Source: the human T2T-CHM13v2.0 reference genome, Homo sapiens. From it: DNA of 64,000 bases. Where the stretch lies: assembly GCF_009914755.1 (NCBI RefSeq), contig NC_060925.1. One strand, written 5' to 3'. The notes under the pieces were generated by a model. It was not told the DNA's origin and ran no database searches. It saw only the letters and a list, made by a program, of their open reading frames with translations. Shown here piece by piece: positions 1 to 13,237 of the stretch (position 1 is its first letter; every line of letters begins with the position of its first letter). A program made the position numbers and the translations under genes.

Positions 1-129
1 AGAGTTTTTGTTTTTCTTATACTTTTGTCCTTATAGCTGAGTAGTGTAAAAATATTTGAGATCCCTCAGAAAGTGAGATGGCAAAAGATCATAAATAGCT
101 ATGCTCTAAAATTTCCCCTGTCATACCTG

Positions 130-230
130 TTTACTGCTTGAGGGCAGGATTTCTATTTTGTTTATTGCTGTACTGTGTGACTCTGGCACAGAGTGGGTGT
201 GCAATGACTATTTGGTAAGTGAGTCAATAT
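130..230 (+). mobile_element. L2 3' end fragment
   Basis: cttgagggcagg...tggcacagagtgggtgtgcaatgactatttg resembles the L2 terminus. Confidence 0.6.
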
Positions 231-904
231 ATGAAGTTTCTCTATGGATCATCTAGAATAAAATAAAATATAATTCAGTTCTTACTACTCAGATAAATGG
301 AAACTGCCCCCTTATGAATCTCTTCATGGAATCAAGAAACTTTAGCCTAGCTAAATTTTTATATATTTTTTTACTTTGTTATCCTCGATGCCTAATATAT
401 TTCTTGATTTTTATTACTTAATCTTAGAGACACCAATCTGAGCTGAATGCCATTATTCTTATTTTTATAAATAAAGAAACTAACTGTGGTAGTCTTCTAG
501 CCACCCTGCAAATCCTTTACCTCCTTCCATAGTAACAGGACTCTGGCTGGCACATAGTTTGACATTTCTCTGACTTTCTTGCATTAAGATATGTCCTTTT
601 GGCGAATTCTCTCCCATCTTGTAAGAGAAACTATGTGTGCCTCTAAGCCTGAGCTTTTCAGAGGATGGATGTGCCTTCTCTTCTTCAAATACTTTCTCTC
701 TTCCTCTAACTAACCCTGGGCATGGCAACTCAGCTGCATCTCTGACTCTCTGTGAGGAGGAGAACATCCTTTGCGCTTGGAACATACATGTAAGCAGCAA
801 ACAAATGTCTATTATGTCTGACCTGTTGCAATTTGGGGTCCAGTTTTTAAGCAGTTTGCCTATATAATCAAGGTACACTCAGAAACGTATTATAATATTC
901 TCTA

Positions 905-923
905 TGGCCACCAGGTGGCTTCC
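905..923 (+). promoter_or_regulatory. Candidate CTCF binding site
   Basis: TGGCCACCAGGTGGCTTCC, close to the consensus TGGCCACCAG(G/A)(G/T)GGCGC. Confidence 0.6.
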
Positions 924-1817
924 AATCTCAGGACTGCTTGGCTCAAAGACCATCCATCGCCTTCAAGGACATCTCTGGGGAACAAAATACAGAAATGTCT
1001 CTTTAATTTGTGTACTTATATAACCCTGCTTCATCTATCCTAGTTCTTATGTGATTATTTCCTCCAATTTCTTTTTTAGGTATTAGTGTGTTTCAATCAT
1101 TCATCCAGTAATTCTTTCAATTAACTTTTAACGAATGCCTACATTTTTGGAGTAGATTCAAAGAACAGTTAAATCTCTACTCCTGAGAAGTCTGTTGGTG
1201 GTCAAAAAGACAGGAAAGGAATACTTAATAAATAAAATAGAACACAATTTTAAAAGTGGTGCATGTCGTAGAAATGCGAATACAAAATTTGAATGCTACA
1301 AGGAGAAAGTGCTTGTCGTGTTTCTGTTAATATGAGCTGACGACTAATTAGCCAATATCCTGCTTAATTTATTTTCTTCCTTACAACCCAGTAAGGTCAG
1401 AGCACTTCTGACATCTCTATTTGAACTAGAGTAGACGAGAATGAAAGAGGAGTCCTCTGATGAGATTCTAGCCCTTTATCTCCTTTTAACAGCCCTTATA
1501 CATTGAGTTGCACAGTTTACTAATAAACTCTAAATTGTGTCATTAGGCAGGTAGTTTGGCTTCATTATCACCAATTCTTTCAAAGTGGCACTGCTAATCT
1601 TTCCTATTAGCCAAGGAAAATCACTGCCAACCAATCAGATAACTGGACTGGTGAAAATAGGTTACCTGGAAATGGCTGGCTTGAAACATAATAGTGTGTT
1701 CAGAAAATATTTTGGCAGAAATAGTAATTCCAAGGGGCAGGGAACATACCTGGACACAGACTGCTTGAAAATAGTTCTGAGTGTTGGGTTAATCTGTCTT
1801 TGAAAATTCACAAAATA

Positions 1818-2138
1818 GTCCCCGGTGTGTGATGTTCTCCTTCCTGTGTCCATGTGTTCTCATTGTTCAATTCCCACCTATGAGTGAGAACATGCGGTGT
1901 TTGGTTTTTTGTCCTTGCGATAATTTGCTGAGAATGATGGTTTCCAGCTTCATCCATGCCCCTACTGGGGGGAGTGGGGAGGGATAGCACTGGGAGATAT
2001 ACCTAATGCTAAATGACGAGTTGATGGGTGCAGCGCACCAACATGGCACGTGTATACATATGTTAACAAACCTGCACTTTGTGCACATGTACACTAAAAC
2101 TAAAGTATAATAATAATAAAAAAATAAAATAAAATAAA
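1818..2138 (+). mobile_element. Short L1PA3/4-like insertion with 5' inversion (1818-1965 inverted, 1966-2138 sense plus A-tail)
   Basis: L1 3' UTR in two orientations; perfect 16-bp TSD GAAAATTCACAAAATA at 1802-1817 and 2139-2154. Confidence 0.93.
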
Positions 2139-2910
2139 GAAAATTCACAAAATAAAAAAATATTTTCAGAAGTTTCATAAGTTATCTTATTCTTCAAACA
2201 TTTTAATCTTTTCTGATTACATAGGTATTCTGTACCATAGATTGTTACCCCCCCACATGTTCACTTCACATGCTTACATATACACTTTCATTTTATAATG
2301 TCATCTGTATTTTCAAGAGAGCATTGGTTCAGCAAGCCACATTTCAAACACATGTGTTTTCTTTTATCTACATATTTAAAATTAAACTAAATTTTATTTT
2401 AATAAAAAAGTAGAGGGAAGAGTTTCATACCAATTGCCTATGGTGCAACTCACAATTTATCCTTTGCTTTTCAAAAGAGAACATAGCAATTTTGAATCAA
2501 TCAAAATCTTTATAGTGAATTCCAGTTAAAAATACATGTATGGCCCTTGATGTGTCTGGTTGTAATCAGGCTGTAGAACCTTCTAAGTATACTAGTTCTA
2601 GGGACAGCTCTTATTTAATGGTCCCAATGTCAATAAGACCAGTGGCTAATTGTTGCAAATAACAGAAGTACAGTTCTTATAATAGACTATGTTAGAGAAT
2701 AAATTTCTCTTGCTATGAAAATAAATATGTTGAATTTCTTCAGCATTTATATATGGCAGGAGACCATTTGAATAGGTAAAATATTTTATAGCTTTGACAT
2801 TAGTTTTTGATTTTACTGGATATTTTCCAAATACAAAATAGAATTTTAGATCTTGAGTTTATTGTACATGGAATTTGAAAGAAACAAGCTTTACTGTCTG
2901 AAAATTAATC

Positions 2911-3060
2911 TTTTTTTTTTTGAGACAGAGTCTTGCTCTGTTGCCTAGGCTGGATTGCAGTGGCATCACCTCACTATAAACTTTGCCTCCTTGGTTCAAG
3001 CGATCTTGTGCCTCAGCCTCCCAAGTAGCTGGGATTATAGGCGCACACCTCCATGACTGG
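2911..3060 (-). mobile_element. Alu right-arm fragment (old, AluJ/FRAM-like)
   Basis: T-tract then gagacagagtcttgctctg...cctcagcctcccaagtagctggg. Confidence 0.85.
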
Positions 3061-4193
3061 TTCCTTCATATTTTGTTATAAATTATGAAAAGTTAAAATG
3101 ATGACAGGTGCTATCACTCACCCCTTGTCATCCCTTTTCCACTTTATTTGGGTTACTTCCCTTAAATCTTATTATTCTGTTACTATTTTTTAAGTTGTCC
3201 CTTACCTAATCCTTGCTTTGTACTATGTGCCCTTCTATTGCAATACAGGCTATCAGAGTTCATTCTAGTAATAGTAGTAAGCTAAATTTCATATGCCTTA
3301 ATATTATTAAAATTATTTTATTTAGAAAGGGAATCTTTAGAGTATGGTCTTCAATATCACCTTAGACTCATCTTGGATTAACTTTTTGAGAGCCAACAAG
3401 TTACTTATTCTTTTGGAGCAGAACAAACTGGGGAGCACAGGTTACTTATCTCTGTAAATATAATCTTTTCTGGTCTTAACTATCTGTTTATGCAAATATC
3501 CTATCTGTTCGATATGTTTATTCAGAGAGTTAGAGATGATTGAGAGATAATAGGATTTGATGATATTAAGTGACAACTTTAATGAGAACCCTGAAATCAG
3601 ACCAAGAGATCCGATGGGAATTTCTTCCAAGAGATATATTTAATTGGGGCTTGAACATGTTTTAAAAGCCTGGATGAATAATTCTATTAAGAAAAATGCA
3701 TCTAACAAATAGAACTACTAATTGAACTGTAATGCTGACCTTTAAAAATAACAGACATGATTAAATGCGTATCATCAGAGTGGTCTTTCTGACTAGATAT
3801 AAGGCTTTTAAGTGTTTCTTTCCTCTTTGCTTATTGACTTTGGTTAATATATTCTGTGGATTTACACTTGATGTATTCAAGAAAGTAGAAAATAATTAAC
3901 CACCACTTAGGTTACTGTCAGGAATGATGAAGTAACAGAGATCCACTAGGCTTTCATGGACTGCTGGACTCACAATATTTTAAATCTTTGGGATCTCATT
4001 AGTAGTACTTCCAATACTGTATCTTTGAAAATGAGTTTTATTTCTAGTTTATGAAAGAGACACATGATTATCTGGTAAATTTAACTCAATAGGAACAATC
4101 CTATTTTTTTGTCAAAAATAGGATTTGATCAAGAGTTTTCAGCTAAACACTTGAGAGACACAAATGACTGAACTCCATGAAATGAATGATTGC

Positions 4194-4583
4194 TGTATTA
4201 GTCCTTTTTCATACTGCTATTAAGAAGTGCTAGAGACTGGGCAATTTATAAAGAAAAGAGATTTAATTGAATCACAGTTTAGGTGGCTTGGTAGGCCTCA
4301 GGAAACTTACAATCATGGCAGAAATCAAAGAGGAAGCAAGGCACCTTCTTCACAAAGTGGCAGGAAAGAGAAATGCTGAGTGAAGGGGGAAGAAACCCTT
4401 AAAAAACCATCAGATCTCATGAGAACTCACTCACTGTCACAAGAACAGCATGGGGAAAACTGCCCCCATGATTCAGTTACCTCCACCTGTTCTCTCCCTT
4501 GACAGGTGGTGGGTTTTATGGGGGTTATGGAGATTATAATTCAAGATGAGATTTGGGTGGGGACAGAAAGCCTAACCACATCA
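4194..4583 (-). mobile_element. MaLR solo LTR, THE1D-like
   Basis: tgtattagtc...gagatttgggtggggacag...aaccacatca; TG...CA ends; 5-bp TSD attgc/attgg. Confidence 0.9.
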
Positions 4584-5745
4584 ATTGGTAAGATACTACA
4601 ATTTTGGAAAACCAATGGATATGGGAGGGGAGAAAGAAAGTCTCATGACTCTTCTTTGGAATATGAGTTGACTAATGATGTCTGTAAGAATAAGATAAAC
4701 ACTAGGGATAAACATTTAGCAAATAGACTTCTCAAAACACACTATGAAGTAGTAGCTATTATTATCTAAATTTAATGTGAAAACCTTGACTCGAATAACT
4801 TTCTTAAAGTCACAATGCTGGAAATCAGCTACAGTCTGTGTGGCTCCAAATGGACTTTAAATTTCATGATTGTTTGGAAAAACAAGGTGATAAATTTTAA
4901 GGAGTGAAAAAGAACAGGGTTGTCACTTGGTGAGCAAAAAGATAGAAACTTAAAAAGAAGAATATCCACAAGAAGAACATAAAGCAGGAGAAACTTTGCT
5001 ACTTGAGATTTTTTGAGGCTCAAATGAAGTGAATTTTCTAAATAACCAAAAAACATACATTTCAGTTTTTCCAGCTATGCTCCATTTATAAAATGTAAAA
5101 ATTCTGAATAGCTGCTTTTATTTTCTACTTAATGTTCTAAGGAGAGACACACTTATAGTCAAGTGTCAAGTCAGACATCAATCAGCCTATAATTATTTTA
5201 TATGTATTGACTAGCTAATGTTCCTTAAGTCCCTTCTTATTCATTGCATGATTTAACATTGCTCTTTTTTATATAATTAAAATAGAATTCACTATGGAGC
5301 TCATACAACTACCACCTTCAGCTATTAATCAAGGAGTCATTCAACTGAGAAAGGGGAGATTGAGATGTTGAATCATTTCTCATTCTGTGAAGTCTACCAG
5401 AATAACCCATAAAGCAAATATCAACCTATTTCAAGTGAGTTGTGCAAGAAAATTATTTAGAATAAAATGATAGTTTGTTTTTTCAATTCACACATGTCTT
5501 GAAAACTGGCTTGGGTGTGACAACAGCATTTCACATGACACTTTCTATAGGTTAGAACATCAAAACAATTTGCCATAAATTTGTTATTTGTTGCTGTAAT
5601 ACTTATTGTTGAAGAGCAGAAGAAATAATTGTGCACACTGCCTCAGCCAAGACCTTACTCATGGCTTCTCAATTTACTCATATGTAAAGTAGCATAAGAA
5701 GAAATAAATGAGAAAATGAAAATTTCTGTTGACTTTTACTTAGAT

Positions 5746-5955
5746 CAGGAAATAGTAAAGTTTTTCTCTTACAGAGCCATGTAGAAAATATTCTAGGCTA
5801 TGATTGGTCTCTGTTACAGTCACTTGGCTCTGCCATGGAAGGGAGGCAGCAACAGATAAAATGTAACAAACGGGTGTGCCTGTTTCGGTGAAACATTATG
5901 CATAAAAACAGGTGGTGGGAGGATTTGGCCTCTAGGCTGTAATTTGCTAATCTTT
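5746..5955. mobile_element. MER58A-like hAT-Charlie MITE
   Basis: gtctctgttacagtcacttggctctgcc...aaaaacaggtggtgggaggatttggcc...tttgc. Confidence 0.7.
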
Positions 5956-8245
5956 TACTTAATTCAACAACCTACCTCTGGGAAAAGTATGGAAAATAAG
6001 AATCAGAGTTTTAGAAACATACGGAATTTTAGAGGTTCTGTGGCATTCCCCCATTCATTTTAAGTGAGAAAACTGAGGCCAAAAATAAATAAGTGAATTG
6101 CCTGGAGCATCACAGGTACGCAGTCACAGAAAAAGAATCCTGGTCTCCCAGGTCATTGTTCTGGCAGGATTGTTGCCTTGGTTGCCCAGAGAATTGCAGA
6201 GGAAAAATGACCTACCTGGGAGTGTGGAAGGACACTTTTTTGGTAGCCTGGTGGTGCATCTTTCTGTATGTCAATATATGCAAATATATGCTAATTCAAA
6301 TGGGATATTTGGCAAGCCTTAGGGATCCCCATTTAGCTGCTACTAAGGAAGTTATCCCCAAAGAATACAAACTAGAATAAAATTGTTCCAAAGCCTGATT
6401 AACTTTTTGTGGTCTGTGTAGAGCTGCCTGCTCATTTCTCCACTTCCCTGAACTGGGTCTCCTCTGTGGTCGTCTCTTCATTTTTTGCAAAGATCACCAG
6501 GCAAATATACTCAGACTCCTCCTTTTCATATAAGCAGGAGCCCTGGCTCACTCTGGCTTTGTCGACCATGGTGCCAGACAGATGCTGGAGATCCTTTTAA
6601 ACTGAATTTTTTCGTGTTTGGTGATAGACTGGAGTTGAGTGATTTTAACTTGGAGTGAGTTCTGGAGATTAAAGCAGGTGGTTGACTTTGGAACCAGACT
6701 TCTTTCAGAGTAGGAGACTAAAACTGGGAGCAACTTTCCTGCAATTTGTTTTTGCAAAGAAAGTGCTTTGAAAATACCAAAAGCAAACTCACAGTTTTGT
6801 ACATTAGAATATGAACATTAGGTAGAAATTCTTTTAAGAGGATTAATAAACATTGCTCTGATGAAGATGATGATAATAATAACAAGAAATTATAGAGGGC
6901 TTACTACATGACATAAACAATTCTAAGTCTTTTCACATGTATTAAATAATTTATATTATATTATGTTCTGTATAAAACCCCTCCAGAGCTCTCCATTATA
7001 TAGAGAATAATTCCAGAATCCTTAGCATCTAGATCAATACTCTCCCACATACTTTTTAGTACTTTCAATATTCTCCTGCATGTATCATATGCCTTAGACA
7101 TTTGGTGCTACTTGCTATTTTTTAAAAGCTTTTTGTTATCTTCTCTGGACTAGACACTGCTTAGGTGCTGGGAATACAGAAAACAGAATTCCCTTTTTAC
7201 TTTTGGGAAGCTTACTCCCTAACTGGGGAAATGGCGTTCAGATAGTTCTAGATTCTATAAACCTAACTGGAAGGAGGGGACGTTAATAAAGCCTTTGTTG
7301 AACCCCCAACTAGTTAACTAGTTAATCACATAACTATGTTTATTGCATATTTTTATCCTCTCATTCAAATATTAGATTCCATTTATTACTTGAGTGCTTT
7401 CCAAGGTACTGTTGAATAGAAAAATATACAGTAGAAAAATATCAGTTTCTTTAGCTTATCTACATTTAGAAAAAGGAGAAATAAGTTTCTCTAGAGAAGC
7501 TATTATAAATGTAGGGGGAAAAAAAAGCCCAGGGTTGGTTATTTGCATAAAGGAAAAGAGAACAATCAGAATAAAAATACAGTAAAAAAAGAAAAAGGTC
7601 AATATCTTGAAGGTCAAGATGTTGAAAAGGGTCAAAGAGAATGAGGACTGAGAAAAGGCCCTTTAATTTGTCAAGAAGGAGATTACCAAGAATGCATATT
7701 TAGTAAAGTGGTAGTAATAGAAGCCAAATTTCTAGTGGCTAAAAAGAAAACAAGTAAGCAGGGTCTAAAAAGTAATCAGGTAAATGCTTTGCATTGAATG
7801 GAATTACCTCAATCGTAGCTTTAGAAGCAACAGAAGCTTGAGAAGTCTAGATTTTTAGAATATTTAGTTACCTGTGTTATCCATTGGAAGAGATCTATAG
7901 GCTTTATTTATATTAATGTTTCTATATGAAGGATTTTTATTTTTAAAATTTCTTACATTGATAATGTTGAAGATATGAGGGTCAACAGAAAGTGTATGTT
8001 TAAGAAAATGAATCCTGCTAGACTCTTTCAAATCACCTTGAAACTTTGGCTAGTGATCTAAAACCAGCTGTCTTTAGGGATATGCAAGAGCTGGAAGCAG
8101 TTTACAGAAAACATAGAAAAAACGATGGGATTATTTTGAAGGACCACTCTGCCTTCTTTTTTTTAGTGTTAATATACCAATAATTCTTTGGATGAAATTT
8201 TGGTTACAAATATAATTGTTTTTAAAAAATTATGTTCTTGCTCTA

Positions 8246-8298
8246 TTTTTAGTTACCCTAACTAAAAAAGGGTTAACCCTAACCCTTTTTTAGTTACC
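8246..8298. repeat. Perfect 17-bp inverted repeat with flanking 12-bp direct repeat
   Basis: TAACTAAAAAAGGGTTA (8259-8275), ACCC loop, TAACCCTTTTTTAGTTA (8280-8296); TTTTTAGTTACC at 8246 and 8287. Confidence 0.95.
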
Positions 8299-8849
8299 AA
8301 ACACAGAGAATAGCAAGTTTCAAACAGTACCACCTCTCGAATTAGAGCATTTTTGTCCTATGTAATCATAGTCTGACTTAGAAGGCAGTGCTGGAATGCT
8401 GGTTGAATATTTCTTTCTCTTCTATTCTCCCAATTTTGGTAGAAGTAAATTAAAATATAGCTCACAAGCAACAATCTATTTGGTAGCAGGGCTACCCTTG
8501 TATTTCAAAACATTGGGAAGGGGAGTTTACTTGACATGTTTGACTAATAGTGAAAAAAAGTTGGCCTTCAGATGTCTGAATAGTTGAGGAAAAAAGCAGC
8601 TATTTGGTATATTGTCTTTTTAGCTGCTTAGATGTCCAAAGAATCTTGTGTGACTAATGAATAGGTGCCCTGAAAGTTTACTCATTGTTAGACCCTGTAG
8701 TCTACCACAGTGGTTTCTAGCCTTTCGGATCTAAAGAATTTATAACTTTTTTTAAAAAGTCGGCACAATTATACTGCATGGTCAATATACTGTATTAGCA
8801 AGACTTGGGCACAGCTGATGTTTTTGCTTAACTCAAAATTATTCACTTT

Positions 8850-9328
8850 TTATCTGGTAACAGCACTCTGATTTTTTTAGAGGATCCAGCTCTTCCTCCT
8901 TTTTACTCCATGTTGTTCGTAAGGATCTGATTCTATCTCTGGGCTTAGGTATGGACATTTAGACCATTAAACCCTCTGGCTACAATGGTTTGTTCAGGGT
9001 TGGTTATATTATCTACCCATATCCAGTAAGAGTTTTGTTGAACTATTAGGAAAAGTTTTCTTTCCACTACTAGGATTAGAAATAAGGATGATGTAAACCT
9101 GACTCCTATGAGATCATTATGTCAAATTTGAGGATAAAGCCCTTTAAAAAGCAAAGTAGAGCCAATAAATGGAGAGAGACCAAGTCCTGAAAACGTCAAT
9201 TGAATCATAGATGTAGACATATTTGCAACTATGACAATGAATTTTTTTCATTACATGAGTCAATAAATTCTCTTTTAGTTTAAGCCAGTTTGGGTTAGGT
9301 TTTAAACATGTGCAACTGAGACTAATAT
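8850..9328 (+). mobile_element. Old MLT1 (J/K/L-like) LTR
   Basis: 3' end ttacatgagtcaataaattctc...tttaagccagtttgggttaggtttt...tgcaactga is typical of old MLT1 LTRs; left edge uncertain. Confidence 0.65.
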
Positions 9329-9384
9329 ACCAAGAAAGACCATTTAGAAATGCAAATAACGGCCATCGTTTATCATAAGCATTT

Positions 9385-11551
9385 GTTTATTTTTATTTTT
9401 AAAAATTGTTAAAATTTTCGTGGGTACAAACTAGCTGTATATATTTATGAGGTACATAAGATGTTTCAATACAAACATGCAATGTGAAATAAGTGCATCA
9501 TGGGGATTGGGGTATCCCTTCACTCAAGCATTTATCCTTTGAGTTACAAACAATCCAATTACACACTTTAAGTTCTTTTTAAATCAAGTTATTGTTGACT
9601 ATAGTCACCCTGTTGTGTTATCAAATAGTAGGTCTTATCCATTATTTCTAACCATTTTTTTTTGTACCCATTAACCATCTCCAGCTGTCTCCCAGGCCCC
9701 TACTACCCTTCCTGGCCTCTGGTTATGGTCTTTCTACTCTCTGTGTCCATGAGTTCAATTGTTTTGAATTTTAGATCCCACAAATAAGTGAGAACATGTG
9801 ATGTTTGTCTTTCTATTCCTGGCTTATTTCACTCAGCATAATGATCTCCAGTTCCATATTGTTGCAAATAACTGGATCTCATTTTTTTAATGGATGAATA
9901 ATATTCCATTGTGTATATGTAACACATTTTCTTTATCCATTCATCTGTTGATGGACACTTAGGTTGCTTCCAAATCTTAGCTCTTGTAAATAGTGTACAA
10001 AAAATATAGGAGTGCAGATATTTCTTTGATATACGGATTTCCTTTCTTTAGAGTGTATACCCAGCAGTGGGATTACTGAATCATATAGTAGCTCTATTTT
10101 CAGGTTTTTGAGGAACCTCCAAAGAGTTCCCCATAGTGGTTGTACTAATTTATGTTCCCACCAACAGCACACAAGGGTTCCCTTTTCTCCACATTCTCTC
10201 CAGCATTTGTTATTGCTGTCTTTTGGATATAAGCCATTTTAACTGGGGTGAGATGATATTTCATTGCAGTTTTGATTTGCATTTCTCTGGTGATTAATGA
10301 TATTGAGCACTTTTTCATATGCCTGTTTGCCATTTATATGTCTTCTTTTGAGAAATGTCTATTTAAACCATTTGCCCATTATTTGATCAGAGTCTAATAA
10401 GATTTTTCCTGTAAACTTGTTTGAGCTCCTTATATATTCTGGTTAACAATCCCTTGTCAGATGGGTAGTTTGCAAATATTTTCTCTTATTCCGTGGATTG
10501 TCTCTTCATTTTGTTGATTGTATTCTTTGCTTCACAGAAGCTTTTTAAGTTGGTATAATCTCATTTGTCCATTTTTGGTTTGGTCGCCTGTGCTTGTGGA
10601 GCATTACTCAAGAAATCTTTGCCCAGACCAATGTCCTGGAGATTTTCCTTAATGTTTTCTTGGAGTTGTTTCATATCTTGAGGTCTTAGATTTAAGTCTT
10701 TAATCCATTTTGATTTGATTTTTGTATATGGTGAGAGATAGGGCTCTAGTATTATTCTTCTGCATATGGATATCCAGTTTTCCCAACACCATTTATTGAA
10801 TATACTGTCATTTCTTCAGTGTATGTTCTTGGAACCTTTGTCAAAAATGAGTTCACTGTAGGTTTGTGGATTTGTTTATGGGATCTCTATTCTGTTTTAT
10901 TGGTCCATGTGTCTGTTTTTATGCCAGTACCATGCTGTTTTGGTTTTTATAGCTCTGTAGCATAATTTGAAGTTAGGGAATGTGATACCTCCAGTTTTGT
11001 TCTTTTTGCTTAGGATAGCTTTGGATAAGGGTCTTTTGTGATTACATATAAATTTTAGGATTTTTTTTTTATTTCTGTGAAGAATGTCATTGGTATTTTG
11101 GTAAGTAGTTCATTGAATCTGTAGATTGCTTTGGGTAATATGGACATTTTAACAATATTGATTCTTTTAATCCATGAACATGAAATACTTTCCCATTTTT
11201 TGGTGTTCTCTTCAATGTCTTTCATCAGGGTTTTATAGTTTTCATTACAGAAGTCTTTCGTTTCTTTGGTTAATTTCTAGGTATTATCTAATTTTATGTG
11301 TGGCTACTATAAATGGGATTGCTTTTTAATTTCTCTTTCACATTGTTCACTGTTGGCATATAGAAATGCTACTGATTTTTGTATGTTGATTTTGTATCCT
11401 GAAAATTTACTAAATTTCTTTATCAGTTCTAATAGTTTTCCTGTGGAGTCTTTAGGTTTTACCAAATATAAGATCATATCATCTGCAAATAAGGATAATT
11501 TGACTTTTTTGTTTCCAATTTGGATGCTCTTTATAACTTTCTCTTGTCTGA
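9385..11551 (-). mobile_element. L1MA1/2-like 3' fragment (ORF2 C-terminus plus 3' UTR), decayed
   Basis: ORF2-like peptides ([17 protein letters not shown]; [22 protein letters not shown]) and an L1MA-type 3' UTR. Confidence 0.92.
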
Positions 11552-13237
11552 CATCATCATTTAATTTTAAAAAAGAACATCTTCATGAAAAAGAAAGAAT
11601 AAAAGGCAATCCTTTGAAAAAGAAATAATTTAATTTTATAAAGTCATTGCATTTAACGTTCTTATTTCTTAACAGACAAGTGAAAACCTTATCAAAAGAC
11701 AACAAGGAATGGCTGGTCCAATAGGACAGTGACTAAACTGAGGCTCAAAAGACAGCAGTTTGAGTTTCACTTCCACCAGTTAGTATTATAGATTATTAGG
11801 CAGTTACTTTGGTTCCTTGCATGAGTGACCCTTCAGTTTTTAACTGGAACAAATGATTCTTGCATACTGTCCCATATGCTAGTTATGAGAAGAACAGTAC
11901 AAGCTAGTTTATATAAAAAGTTCAAAAGTTTAATGTCAATATAGCGCACAATTTATTAATTTCTTACCTGTGATTATGACTTGAGGGCTGGAGAAATTTT
12001 AGTTTAATCTCTGAATGACTTTGGTAAATTAAGCTGTATCTCTACATGTATGAGGAATCTTTGAAAGCTTAAAATATTTGTAACAGTCATTACAATATAT
12101 GGTTTCAAATTTGCTAACATTTTGGGTACGATTTAACTCAAATATTATAAAATGCACACTCATTGAAAATGTTAGAGTTAAATTAAATAAAGTGATATTT
12201 TTCAAAAATGCTCACATTATGTGAAGAAATGAACATCCGTTTTATGGGCTAATTATGTGATGTGTAGCAAGCACTTTTTGTTCATAGTTCTGTTTTGAAG
12301 GATTGGTCAACGAGCCATATCATAAACACTGTTAAAATGGGACTCTTGTGCATGAATAAATCTGTGTTCTTTTCTGTACTCTCAGCAGATTTTCTTTTTT
12401 AAAAGACAGACTTGATTTTTAAATGAATTTTATGGCCAGAATGAAACAACTGACTTTAAATCATTTTAACAGGCAAAAAATCTGATTTAGTGAAGTCCAG
12501 GACTTCTTTACCAGGAGACTGTTCTCTTTGGCTTTGTTATTTCTAAAGTTCTGGACATTAAGCTGAGCTTCTGTGAATTAGCAGCCAAAGGAGAGAAGTA
12601 TGGTTGTTTTTCTATAAAAAGAACCTGCTTCATAGTCAAGGATTTGCATCACATCTAATCACATTTGGCAGGAGAAAGAAGAAAAACCAGAATTCAGATA
12701 AAGCAACTGCTGACTGCTCTTGAGGCTACAAAACCCTGTCCTTCCCTAATCCTGCACGGGTGTGTGTCGATTTAAATGGTCTGTTCATTGGCAGCTTGCC
12801 ATTCAGATGAGTGGTTCTTCTTCTCCTTTCAGTCTGCCTTTGAAGTTTCCTGTTGCAGGGACCAGAGGTAATAGGCCATTTTGCACAATTTATAGGAGCA
12901 AAGTGAAAGCAGCAATTTCTCCTTCAGAAAGCTACTGAAATGTCACCTGCAGTGAGCATATGTTTGGCAACAAGGTCAGGTACTTGGCGATTTAAACAGT
13001 TTGACCAAAACCAAAAGGCCACAGTGTTTTGAAGTGCTACAATTTCACTGGGGGCATTATGACTTGGCCCAAATATGTCAGCACCTTTTCAGGTTGGCAA
13101 CTCTCAGTCAGGTTTGCACTATTTCATTTCAATATTGTCCTGAACTGACCTGATTATTAATTTTACCAATGCTGTATGCCTTCCATAGCTGTGGCTTTGC
13201 TAGATAAAATGGGTTTTGCTGCTTCTAGGCTTCAATG

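Noticed and set aside
480-878. 132-aa ORF on the minus strand
   Set aside because: No recognisable domain, non-ATG start and no exon context; consistent with a chance ORF.
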